64,000 nt of DNA, taken from NCBI GenBank assembly GCA_001244265.2, contig CDLV01000010.1, positions 1,302,001 to 1,366,000 of the forward strand, written 5' to 3'. A model generated the notes under the pieces. The model made no database searches. It was not told the DNA's origin and worked only from the letters and a program-made list of their open reading frames with translations. This document shows positions 9,863-21,359 of this stretch, one piece after another. The translations under genes were made by a program, and so were the position numbers. The stretch comes from Microbotryum violaceum (taxonomy: Eukaryota). Every line of letters starts with the position of its first letter. Position 1 is the first letter of the stretch.

Positions 9863-10010
9863 GTTCGCTGTGTTTGCTTTTGTTTTTGTTTTTTTCTCAC
9901 GTGCACGTATCAGGCCGCGTTGCACAGCGACTCCGACGATGGTCCTCTTCTTTGTTTTCTCATTGTTTGGGTAGAACAGAGTCCGAGGATTAACCGTACT
10001 GAAATTCGAT
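9863..10010 (+). repeat. Short interspersed repeat, copy 1 (T-tract plus ~115-bp core)
   Basis: Shares TTCTCACGTGCACGTA, GCGTTGCACAGCG, GTCCTCTTCTTTGT, GGTAGAACAGAGTCCGAGGA and TAACCGTACTG colinearly with 19104-19265. Confidence 0.9.
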
Positions 10011-10341
10011 AGGTTCAGGCGCGGTCTCCACTTCATGTTGGTCGGGGCTAGGCATATGCATCCTTTAACCGTCATTCATACGTGCGGCGAAATGATTGAG
10101 CGGTCATCTCTCGGTCTACTCCAGCAGTCCTTAGTCATGTTAATCTCGTCATGCAACCCGGCTAAACGAGTCCTCGTCCCGGATTTCCGCACACGAAGTG
10201 GCTCGGGGCGGGGGACGGCATTTTACAAGGGAGACCATATCGGGGACCAATTTCACAAGAGACACGAGATACCATTGGCAGAGAAAGACATCAAAAAGTA
10301 CCTCTAGCTACGAAGGTATCTTCTAAAAGCTAGTCGTAATC

Positions 10342-11265
10342 CTAACCAGAAGCTTCCAACGAAGCGATGCGGTCGACCAACTGGCGGTTCTGCTCTTTTA
10401 GCTGCTCGTTCTCCGTCTCAAGCTCTTGCACCCTCTCCATTTTCCTCATCCTCGACTTTCTCGCCGAGATGGTGTTTTGCAACCTCTTCTTCTCGACAGC
10501 TGCAACGACCTCTTCAGGCAAGTCGCTCGGGGTCGCTAAGGACTCGAAGGTGGGCTCGATCTCGCCAGAGGCGATGCGCTTGACGATCTCACGCTCGGCA
10601 GCGGTGGTCTTGCGCTTCCTTGTCGTCTTGGAAGGCAGTAAAACGGTGCGAGCTTGAACCGGGGCCGCCAAGTCAAGCATCTGCGTTTTACGGAATCCAT
10701 TAGGAGCGGGCTTGACGCCGGATGAGTTGGAAGACGAGGCGACGGCGGGCGAGGCAACCGCCGCGGGTTCGACGGCAGGGGCGAGTGGCCTGAGCGACGA
10801 CGAGCGGGGCGTGGGCAAGGACGCCGTACCTGACTGAGCAGTAGGGGTCGGCGGTGGCGCGACGAGAGTTTTGAGGGGCGCAAAGAGCGAGTAGTCGAGG
10901 GGAGGCGGTAGTTCGCCGGCGGCGAAATCGTCGAATAACGGTGAGCACGAAAATTCGGAAAAGGTACTATTCTCGAGGCCTAGAGGCGAGTCGAGAAGTC
11001 GATCAAAGCTGATGATGCCTTGGTTCATCGATGGGAGGTTGCCCATCAGGGCAGCGAGAGCGGCTGTGGTATCAGTCGACGCGGACGGAGATGTCTCGAA
11101 CGACGAGGCATCGATTGCGGGTAAGTTCAGCGATAGAGCGGGGGGAGGCGAGTACGACGAGTCCAAAGGCATGTTCAGAAAGTCTGAAATGGCGGTAGAG
11201 GACAAGCAAGCAAGGATGAGCCTGAGAATAACCCGAAACTGAAGAGCCCGAGACTGACCCATCAT
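10342..11265 (-). CDS. Gcn4/Cpc1(CpcA)-like bZIP transcription factor
   Basis: C-terminal bZIP KKRLQNTISARKSRMRKMERVQELETENEQL. Likely main ATG at 11265 with an in-frame 75-nt intron at 11258-11184 (MMDFLNMPLD). The leader carries uORFs. Confidence 0.8.
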   Translation of the reverse strand: MMGQSRALQFRVILRLILACLSSTAISDFLNMPLDSSYSPPPALSLNLPAIDASSFETSPSASTDTTAALAALMGNLPSMNQGIISFDRLLDSPLGLENSTFSEFSCSPLFDDFAAGELPPPLDYSLFAPLKTLVAPPPTPTAQSGTASLPTPRSSSLRPLAPAVEPAAVASPAVASSSNSSGVKPAPNGFRKTQMLDLAAPVQARTVLLPSKTTRKRKTTAAEREIVKRIASGEIEPTFESLATPSDLPEEVVAAVEKKRLQNTISARKSRMRKMERVQELETENEQLKEQNRQLVDRIASLEASG

Positions 11266-11903
11266 GAAGGCCTTGGCAAGCAGTTCCTCGTGTCTAAATT
11301 TGTTGAGTTGTTCTTGTTGTGGGACCGTCGGTGTGATAGGATGCGGTGGTGAGATTGTTTCATTCCGTCGACATTGCTCGTGCGTTGCATCGCTCAAATT
11401 CAGCGACGGGATCGAGGCGAGGTCGCTGATCGATGCGGTCGAAGATGGCAGGGCGAGACCGGCACTCAGCGAAGGGGACAGAGCGGGAGATACGTGACCA
11501 GGATGGAAGGGATTAACGTGACCATGGCGTCCATCATCGGCCGGAGCGGGGGGATGGACGAGGTCGACGAGCGACGCGGTGGGTTCGAGACTAGGGCACG
11601 GACGGTTTAGATACGGGACCCGTTCGTCGTCGGCACGGCACGCGGCCTGCCTCGGAACTGGGCCGGGTTGAAATCCGCCAGAGTCAATTCGCATTTTTGA
11701 ATGTTGTTGTGCGTGCGAAGGCACGAAGTGGTGGGAGTGAAGGTCTGCATCTTGGCTACGGGTAAGGAAGTCGAGAAGCCTGATAAGATGTGGAGGGTCA
11801 CTGGGTCAGCGACAAGGCCTTCCACGGGAGATCAGGACCGTGCATAGAGCCAGGTCACGGCGAAACCCGGATTGAACTAGAACTGTAGGTAGTGAGTCAC
11901 TCA
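11262..11903 (-). promoter_or_regulatory. uORF-containing 5' leader of the bZIP gene
   Basis: Out-of-frame AUG ORFs at 11750-11607, 11537-11466 and 11390-11262; the last stop overlaps the main start (ATGA). TGACTCA at 11899-11893. Confidence 0.6.
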
Positions 11904-12477
11904 CTCGGTGGAGGTAATTGGAGCGGTGGGTTGAGGTTGCTTGGAAAGGCCCGACGAGGTGGGCGCGGGGCGGAGAGGACGAAAGGCACTTGAAGGGGGT
12001 CTACTTGCGGGCTGACCAACTTTTGAGGGGGGGACCAGCCAGGCGCACAGAGAAGGGGGCGAAGGTGCGACGATGCGACCTGGGAGAAAGTGAAAGTGGA
12101 TGGAATGTGGAAGGTAGAAAGAGGAGAAAGCAGGCGGGGCGGAAACGCACACTTCGAGCCCTGAACTGCCCCAAGCGTGAGGTACTGGGAGGCCCTGGGC
12201 TGCTGTGGGCCTGCAACAGCGCGTGGGAGCCGGCGCGGCCGGGGGCACGCGTGGGCCAGCGCGTGCGCCGGTGTCAGCAGCACGGTGGGATTCGAGTCAT
12301 CCCTCGCTAATCGTCGGTCCATCGGCTCGGTATCGTTGCCTCACGTTCAATTTCATCACAAACCTAATGCAACACACGTACTAGTGACACGTCACACGCC
12401 CATCGTACCTGAGTAGCCTCCTTATCCCAAAAGTTGTTCCTGTTCCATCCACTACAGGTATCTCGTATTCGTTGTTT

Positions 12478-15471
12478 TTAGTGAGCACCTTGAAGAGCCA
12501 CTGTGCGAAAACGACAATAAATGTGGCTCAGCCAAGCTGCTCACGGGCGTCGGTACCGGTACCGGGTGTTGGGTCAAGTCGGCTTACTCAGCGCGGCCGT
12601 GAACGTCAGGATGAGACGCGGTCGGACTTCCACAATGTCCTCGGCAACGATAAAGATGAGGGAGCCTGCGCGCACGCAAAAGAGACTAGCGTCAGCGTTA
12701 CAGAGAGCGCACCCACGCAGCCCCGACAGCAACTTACCGAGCTTCCGGGCGATACTAATCGCAAGTTTGGCTATACGGAGATGACCATGTCCAGGTCAGA
12801 GTCTACCTGAACGGAAGCAAAAGATTCACCTAATCTTACCATTTGCCTTGCACTCCTCTTCGTTCCTGCCCTCGTACACGAGTGTGTAGTCGACGTAGCC
12901 GGGCTTGAGCGAGTCCAACAGATCGAGGAAGAAGTGACCGGTCTTCAAGCTCGGGTCCTTAAAGTTGCGCATGGTCGAACGCTTGCCTCCCTTGGCAACT
13001 TGGTCGTTCGCCCACTTGACGATATCACTGTCCGTAATCTCGCGACCACCCTTGCTGAGACTGGCCATCGTGGCGAGGATGTTGCGGCGCATCATTTGCC
13101 AGACCAGGCCGAGCGTGAGTGTGCGAGAACCATCGACGAGATCCGAGCCTTGAATGCCGACCATCTGCATCCTGTTCGCCTTGGCGAGGTCGACAGCATA
13201 GTTGGTGTTCTCAACGGCCTTGAATCGCGAAAGAGGAAGGGGTGTCTTGGCAACACGGCGCCAGACCACCGAGCCGGGGATGACCTTGTCGAACGCTTGG
13301 AGCAGGACCAAACCATCCTGGTGGGCAAGGTCGAAGGCCACGATCAGATCAACTCGCTTATAACCATGGAACACCAGTGGCACCGACCCACCCTGAGATC
13401 CTCGAACAAATCATACACTCCCGGGTCGACATCAAGCGAGTTGAGCCAGAGCGTGAACACGCGGGCTTCGCGCTCTCCTTCGGCATCAAAGTCCTCAATG
13501 ACGGGTCGCTCGTTCTCCTCGAGAGGTTCAAGGCACGGCCAAGTGTTGAACAGGTTGGCGACGAAAGCCAGGTTGAGCTTGGCGTTCCCGGCAACGAGCG
13601 AGCTCGCTGTCAAGTATTTGCGGCAGCCAATCGCATCGGCGTTTTGCAAGACCTGCAACGACAGAGCGAGAGAGTGCATGAGATATGGGAAACCTCACCA
13701 AACGTGAACGCCCCACATGATGCCACAGTTGCTCACCTGCTCGGCACGGTTGTGCAAATCTCGCTCCTGCAAAGGTGCACGAGAGCAGGACTCGGGCTTG
13801 AGCTGATTCAACAGTACGGTGTAGTTCTCTCCATCCGAGACGTCCTTCGAAAAGTTGGAGACTCTGCATGTGGTGGGTGGATATCTCTGGAATCAATCTT
13901 TGCTAGAGTGCGAATATCTTCCTCGCCATATTGCACTCACCGTCGAGGCCAGTTCGCGGCCTTCAGATGATAGTTGAACCATCGCAGTAAGATTTGGTCT
14001 GGGGGCAAGCGTAGGAATTGCTCGAGGGTCTCATCATCCTCAAGGAGTCGATACAGCTCTGGGTGGAGCTTGATGTCGATCTTGTTGAGGAGACCTTTAC
14101 GGATGATCTGCCAAATAAGACCGAGGATGAGGTGTTCACGGCCTTCGACCAAGTCCGAGGCGCCGATGTTGACGACGGACAAGCCGAGCGCTTTCGAAGA
14201 AGAAATGACAAGGTTGTTGTTTTCGGTCATCTGGAAGGCGTTTATAGATTTAGCCGCTCCTCCCGAAGGTGCGGGCATGGCCGACGGCGCCTTCTTGGCT
14301 GCCTTGGGCTTGTTGAGTACACGCTCATCGATCGTGTCGGGGACCGAGTCGTTAATCAATTTGGAGAGAATGAGCCCATCTGTGGTTATGTTACACTGTG
14401 AAGGATCAGCCCGACAAGGGGTCGTTGTGAAAAGTGGGAGCTCGACCTACCTCGGCACTCGTCGAAGATTTGCATCGTGTCGGTCGGGATGGGCAGCCTC
14501 GATCCAATATCGGCATCTCCAGCGAGGACCTAGACCATACGCGAAAATCGTACACAATACGCAGTCAGCTCCTACCGACCCCTGCTGGTCATTCAGCGAC
14601 GATCAGAATCTTCTGACCTGGTTGATGTGCCTCGTGAACTCGGTTCGTTCGTCCTCGTTGATCGAGTGGGTGATGTTGGTGTTGGATCCCTGAACGAGCA
14701 CCTTTCCACCACCCCCAGTCGAGCCAGCACCTCCCCCAGCGCCGGTGGGACCAGTGCCAACAGCAGCTTTTGTTCCCGAGTTGGCCCCGATCAGTCCGCT
14801 CAAGGCGCCGCCCCTCAAGACCTGACCTGCTCCCGCTCCTGCACCTTCTCGCAACTTCGAGACGAGATCCACAAAGTCTTCGAGCTCGACCGCTCCCGAA
14901 GAATCGAGGTTGACTTGCTTGAGTGTCTCGCGGACTTGGTCGTAGGTGTACTTGCCGGCGGCGGATGACGACGAGGCGCCCGAGGACAAGGAAGTTAGAA
15001 CGGTCGACTTGGGCAAACGGCCCGTGGAGTCGAGATCGATGGTGCTGCAGACACACAGACCCCAGAGGCTTGAGTCAGCCAGAAACAACTCGACGGCCGG
15101 GATGAATCACGAGCCGTTCGGTTCGATGACGACACCGTCCCGTCAGTCCGCGCGTGCCCGTCGTGCGCCAGTGATTTGGAACCATCATGCTGCTAGAAGG
15201 CGCACTCTTGCCTCCGGTCCCATCTTCCCTCGGAAGGTCCATGTTTGTGCACGACTCGCTGGGCCGAGCGTGCAGTGGACAGGCTCGGCCCCTCGGCGGT
15301 CAGCCGGACGGGATCGATCGAGCTTGACATGTCGTGTAGATGGCATCGAAGGGAAGATCGAGTGGAGTACTTCGACTAGGCTCGAAACACTCACTTGAAT
15401 TGATTGACGAGACCCATCATCTCCTCTTGAGAGAAGTCGGGATACTTGCGCTGCAGCTTGATGACGTTCAT
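12478..15471 (-). CDS. SAC6: Fimbrin (actin-bundling protein; EF-hands and four CH domains)
   Basis: MNVIKLQRKYP start; THSINEDERTEFTRHIN, INDSVPDTIDERVLN, HLILGLIWQIIR, LPPDQILLRWFNYHLK, AEGEREARVFTLWLNSL, EDIVEVRPRLILTF. Confidence 0.95.
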
Positions 15472-16407
15472 TTTGGCTGAACGAACGAAGTCGGGGGTGT
15501 CCCGACACGGGTGAGATCAGGTTTCGTCCACAGTGTGCAGAAGGGGTGAGCGCGTGTCGTAGATTTGGACACAGAGGTGATGCATAGGCGGGTGGCGGTG
15601 GCGTAGGGCGGGAGAGGTGTGTCGCCACGAATGTTCGCGAGCCATGACGAGTGTGGGGAGACCGCGTCCGCAGTTGAGCGTGCGATGGGAAGAGAGTTAC
15701 AAGGTTGATCGTCAGTCTGAGATCATAGAGTGTCATCTTTGGATTAGGTAGCGTACCTTTTCAAAGTTTGGACGTCGAGGTAGAGCGAGGAGCGAGAGCG
15801 CGGACAAAGGGGCTCGCCGCTCTTCAGAGCTTCAGAATCGAGCCCGGGTGCTTCCACTGCCCCCACCCGTCCAAGGTCCCGATCGGGAGCAGGCCGGCCG
15901 AGACCCCGAAGGAGCCGCTAGCAGAGCCTTCGGCGGTGAAACACGGTCTGGTTTTTACACACCGTGCAGCATTTTCAAATAAAGCTGGCTATGACTACAA
16001 AAGAGAGAGAGATCACACGTCCACAACCCGTGAAGCAGAATCTTCGAAAAGTGAGACAGCGGCATGCGCCACTGCCGCCGCGTCATTGTCACCGTGCTGA
16101 TTTCTCGAAGCGAGCCGAGGGGTTTCCAAAACTCGTCGAACCGTGATGAAGAGGTGAAATAAAACCAGGCGCAACGAGTAAAGGCAAAGGAACGACGATC
16201 TACAAAGGTGACCTGGGGCAATACGCTCTGACCTGCCAGAACGAAGAAGTGAAGATGACCGAATCCACTGCGGAACGACGACATAAAAGTGAAATCGCAC
16301 AAGTGGGGCTCGAGAAGAATGATTGCGAAAAAGCAGAATAATGACTGTCACTTGGCCTATCACATCCACGTCTCAACACGCTTCACAAGTCGTAGTAGCT
16401 TGTTCAA

Positions 16408-18488
16408 TTAAGCCCATTGCCATGTGATGGCAACCATGCCTTCCTCCTCGGTCGCGATCTCGGTGAAGGCTCCCACCGAGAGATCGAGGCACTCGTTGTT
16501 GACGCAGGTCTAGTAGGCGTGACCGGGTCAGTCAAAGAAACCCTATTCGTGCCGCAACCCGTATATTCAAGAAAGCTACTTACAGGGCACGAGTCACGGA
16601 CGGTCGCGGTAACCTGGGCTCCGTTCGAGACCCGGGTGATGACGATTTTTTGGCCACAGTGCGAGCCTCCCGAGTACATCGCGGTGGGCAAGGCAATAAC
16701 CTTGTCCGAGTCCTGCGCTACGGAACCGCAGTTGCCGGTTACACCGTTCTGCGAGTAGAACGTAGCGAAACCACCCTTGTGGATCTCACCACTTCCACCA
16801 CCACCACTGCTGCTTCCATTGTCATCACCATCGTCATCATCGCCGTCGTCGTTGTTTTCCTCCGCGTCGGCCTTGGCTTTGTCGGCCTTGGCTTTGGCAG
16901 CGGCAGCAGCAGCGGCTTTGGCCTTTGCTTCATCTTCTGCCTCTTGCTCGGCTTCAGAAGCATCAGCCTTCACCTTAGCGGCTTTGGCGGAGGCCTTCGC
17001 GGCGGCGGCAGATTCGGAGGCCTTTGCAGCAGCGGCGGCAGATACAGAGGCCTTTGCAGCGGCGGCGGCAGATACAGAGGCCGAGGCTTCAGCTGCAGAC
17101 TCGGACGCAGAGGCAGCAGCAACGGAGGCCGCCTTGGCAGAGGCCTTGGCACCCGCCGTGATACTCGCTCCTTGCGCTGACGCTTCGGAAGCTGCACCAT
17201 CTGCTGAGGCTAACAGCGACGCGGCCAAGGCAGAGCGAGATGAGAGGCGAGCGTTGGCCACGGAAGAGCGAACAGCGCCGGCGTTGGGCGTCTGTGTTGG
17301 GGAAGCCGCCGGGGAGGCCGTCGGGCTCTGAATCGCAGGGGTCTGGAGGCGTGTGTTGTTGGGCAGCAAGACGAAGGTGATGTCGATCATTCCCGTGGTG
17401 AGGTTCTGAAGCTGACCATATGCCGCCTTGGAAAGCGTGGTGTAGTTATTTCCCGAAGCGTCGCCGACAAGGGCCACGACGCTGATGTGGGGTTGACGGA
17501 GTTGTGCAACATCGTTAGAAATGTTTTAACGCATCCTTAGAGCGGACCCATGGTAAGCTTACCTCCTGCCACGCATGCTGACCTGCACCTTTTGACCGCA
17601 GAGAGTAGAAACGCGGCCGGGATGGCGCCAGAGGGCGGTCGACAAGCCGACAACGTAGTCGTAGTCACTGCAGAGATTATGTCAAGTCCGTGTTAGTGAA
17701 AACTGAAATTAAAGACGGCAGACCGTCTTGTGGGGATGAAACGGAGAATCCGACTGACCTGTATTCGATCCCGCACGCTCCCTCCTGGCCATCGCTCGGG
17801 TACCAGATCGCTGTCGACGAGTACACCTCGGAGTCCGCGACCGTTTCAGTGACGGACGCCGCAGGACTGTCATCGACAGTTGGAGTTTTGTCATCGATGG
17901 AGAGCATGTCTGTGTGAAGCACCGGATGACGTAGAGGGCATCATTGGGCCAAGCGAGTGCATGGAGCCAAGCATTAGCTCGCGTCGTGAATGAAGGCAGC
18001 AAAGATAAATGTTGAGCGACTGCGGCACGCGGCGCGCGTCGTCGAGCTCCGCAATCAAGCAGCCCCAAAAATGGTGTCGCTTCTTGAGGGTGTGTAGAGC
18101 TCGATGCAGCCTTGGTGCCGGGAGGATGAAGCAATGTAAACCAACTTACAGACTCCCGGGACAGCAGCAGCACCTGTGAGATGGCAGCCAGCAGCAGGGT
18201 CAGTACTTTGTCAACAGTGACGCGGGCTCCGAGCGATGCCGACAACGCGCCGAAACGCGAACCTCTCGATGTGATTCGCAGAAAGTCGCGCAGGCATCAG
18301 AGGATAAGACTTCGCGAGAGGGTAGCAGCGTAACACGAGCGAGTAGAAAAGGCAAACTCACGCTTTTTCAACGCATCAGCGGCACGGTGGTGCAAGCCAC
18401 GGCGCCCAAGAGGGACATCGGCATGTGTGGCATGCGACGCGAGCGCCGAGGCGGCCAGCGTCGAGAGGACGAGGCACTTGATGTGCAT
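16408..18488 (-). CDS. Secreted expansin/loosenin-like protein with two RlpA-like DPBB domains and an Ala-rich linker
   Basis: Signal peptide MHIKCLVLSTLAASALA. Domain 1: AIWYPSDGQEGACG...LCGQKV. Domain 2: GGFATFYSQNGVTGNCG...HCGQKIVIT...VRDSCP...CLDLSVGAF. A 27-bp tandem repeat (AAAAKASVS) lies at ~16990-17085. Confidence 0.8.
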
Positions 18489-18535
18489 TTCGTCGACTAG
18501 GTGTAGGGCGAGACTCGAGTTCTGTTCGGTGAGGA

Positions 18536-18560
18536 AGGTAAGGTAAGGTAAGGTATGGTA
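18536..18560. repeat. (AAGGT)n microsatellite in the leader of the expansin-like gene
   Basis: aaggtaaggtaaggtaaggtatggta read directly. Confidence 0.85.
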
Positions 18561-19103
18561 CGAGGGTATAGTGGGGTGCCGTCGCGCGGAAGGACTCGGA
18601 CTCGAGTTCCGAAGGCGATACCGCCCGGTGTCCAACTCACGGTGTTCGATGCGCGACGACGGATGCCAGTTGTGGACTGTTTCGCGAATGGGATGGGACA
18701 ACTTGGCGAGGGCCGTAGGGTAAAGAGTGACGAAAGTTGGATGTCGGGAGTACCTTTTTGTGTATCTACTGAAAGCGCGTTGTTGTCGAAGGGGTGAGAG
18801 GAGGGGATGTCGAACTTGAAGCTCGGCTTGTCGTTTAATCAACACCCTTATGAGCGCTGTTTTTAGAGTTTCAACATCATCGCAGCGCCAAGGCGCTACC
18901 GCGAATGCCGCGGCAATGCTCTGCGACGACCCTGCCGGCTGGACCGGCATGCCAGCTTCTCGCTGAAATTAAACGGGACGGGGCCCTTTACCACCCTTTT
19001 ATAACTGCTTCCAAACTTCGTCTCCACTTTCCAGCGCATCTGGGAGCATATAAATCAGGTTCCCCGACCAGCAGTCGCGGCGCCGAGGGATCGACGATGA
19101 GGT

Positions 19104-19265
19104 GTTCGCATGTTTTTTTTTTTTTTTTTTTTTCTCTTTTTTCTCACGTGCACGTAATACGTACCAGCCGGCGTTGCACAGCGGCTCCGTCTGGTGTCCT
19201 CTTCTTTGTGTTGTCATTTTTTTGGTAGAACAGAGTCCGAGGAATAACCGTACTGTAAAGTCGAT
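19104..19265 (+). repeat. Short interspersed repeat, copy 2 (T21 tract plus core)
   Basis: Colinear match to 9863-10010, including an exact 20-mer (19224-19243 = 9970-9989). Confidence 0.9.
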
Positions 19266-19397
19266 GCCACCGAATCCGCCGTTCCTCTTGACTCCGGCTC
19301 AGCGGGAGCAGCTCCGAGCGGACGCTCTGCCGCTTTGCGCCGTGAAATCGCGCCAGGTGCGTAGACCCCGCTCTCCATCCCCCACACGACTTGAAGC

Positions 19398-21274
19398 ATG
19401 GTGTCCACTTCGCGCATACTGCGGCCACTGCTTCTACGGCCGACGCTTACATTACCAAGACCTGCATCTAAATGGCTTTGTTGCACGTGCTCCTACTACA
19501 CCGCAACATCCGAGGCGTACTCGAGCTCGGCGACACAACGCGAGCGTCGCTTGACTCCTCCACAATCGCCGGCCCCATCGCACGCGACCGCCTCGCCGCA
19601 GGATCTCTTGGCTCATTACTCCCAAATCCCAACACGCACGGTCAAGCTGAGCGATCTGACACAGTATGGGACCCCACCATTGAGTCAGGACAAGCTGCTC
19701 GAGAGCGGGGAGCGCACTCGCAAGCAGCTTCTCGCAGGTCTCGCAAGACGTGTACGTCGCATACGCCTTCCAAACGGACGTTCATCGTGGCAGGTTACAT
19801 CTTATTGACGATAATTGCGTCTCGTTCCCCTATTAGGTCACGCAACACCTCTCGCTGCCATTCTTACCGGCGACGAACCCATCCCTGCAATCCATTCACA
19901 AGCTCTACTCGTCGGCCTTCTTCGACCTGGTGGCGGTACCCGAGATCAAGACGCTTGAAGGCAACGATGAACTGTGTTCTGCCATGTCGAAAATGGTCGA
20001 GGAACATCGAGACAACATTCCGATACTCGCGAAGGGTGAGCAACCCGCCGCTAAACTTGGTGCCCCAACTTGAGGTGGATCTCCCACGCTGACTTACACC
20101 GTTATCTTCTCTGTTCAAGGCTTCCAAGAGACACGGAGATACCTTGCCGATACGGCCGTCACTCAGTTCCTGGATCGAGCCATCCGGGACCGCATCTCGC
20201 TTCGACTGATGGCCGAGCAACATCTTTCGCTCTCATCAGCATCCATGCCGGCTCTACGGCCATCATCCACCCCAGCTCAAACAGCTTCATCTTCCACGGA
20301 TCCGCGCGTCGAGCCATCAGCACGTGCTCCGTCTCATCCATCAACGTCCTTGGCACCGTCGCGAGTCGGCGTACTTGATCTGTCGCTCAACCCGCATGAA
20401 CTCGTTACGGCCTGTGCCGACTATGTCACTTTGCTCTGCGAGGCGACGTATGGCGTTGCACCGGCCTACAGAATAGAAGGTGCCCCTTCGAACGCGACGG
20501 TTGGCTCGATTGGCAGTCATCTCGAGTATATCCTGACCGAGTTGTGAGTCTCTAGTTGCAAGTCTCCCTGAAGGATCGTAGACTGACGACAGGCCTGATG
20601 GTCCTTGTTTCCGTAGGCTGAAGAATGCTTTCCGAGCGACCGTGGAGCACCATACACCGGAAGCAGAGGAAGAGGACCCCGATGTCTTCCGCTTCGACGA
20701 CCTACCTCACGCCCATCTTAACAAGAAGGACTTCCCTGAAGTGGTCGTGACGATCGGAGTAGTGAAAGGCCTGTTGACGATCCGCATCCGAGACCGAGGA
20801 GGAGGAGTTCGTAAGTTTTGGTGACCATAACAGCTTGCGTGTTTCTCTTTACCTCGGTCTAACTTTCACGCCCCATTTACAGCCCCCGAGAACATTGCCA
20901 ACATCTTCTCCTACGCTTTCACATCGGTCAAGGCTCTGCCTGATCCCGATGCGGACCCCGACTCCCCAGGCAGCGACTTGTACGGAGGTGCCAGTGGAGC
21001 CGGGTACTACGGTGGTGTTGGAGGTGGTCAACAGGGCGGCGAGTCGACGCTCAAGACGTCGATGGGGACACTTGCAGGACTAGGATTTGGGTGAGCGACG
21101 ATGATTCTACCGAACGGGGGCGAAGGAGTGGCTTGTGCAATATGCTGACGCCGGACTCCATCTTTCAGGTTACCGCTGTCGAGAATCTACTCGGGTTATT
21201 TTGGGGGCTCTCTCGAGCTTGTGACGATGCACGGATGGGGCACGGATGTGTACTGTGTCATCCGCGTTGTTTGA
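19398..21274 (+). CDS. Mitochondrial pyruvate/branched-chain ketoacid dehydrogenase kinase (PDK/BCKDK family)
   Basis: Arg/Ser-rich presequence; FLDRAIRDRISLRLMAEQH, HLEYILTELLKNAFRAT (N box), IRIRDRGGGV (G1), LAGLGFGLPLSRIYSGYFGG (G2), GWGTDVY. Confidence 0.9.
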
Positions 21275-21359
21275 GTAAATCAGGTCGTGTAACTATGTTT
21301 TCATCTCAGTAACACTTCAGTCTACCTGGAATCACCCCTCTGTGTTATTTGAAGGCAAG

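Larger units (their letters stand above)
3277..10010 (-). mobile_element. Putative non-autonomous Fanzor-carrying element (boundaries tentative)
   Basis: The block between host genes holds only a Fanzor gene, a structured non-coding segment and low-complexity DNA. ATTTCAGTA (3277-3285) and TACTGAAAT (9997-10005) form an inverted repeat. The right end belongs to a repeat that recurs at 19.1 kb. No transposase ORF was seen. Confidence 0.5.

Noticed and set aside
9135-9993. Protein-coding ORFs of 123 and 235 aa
   Set aside because: They arise from C/T-rich low-complexity DNA and the repeat, with non-ATG starts and no domain motif.
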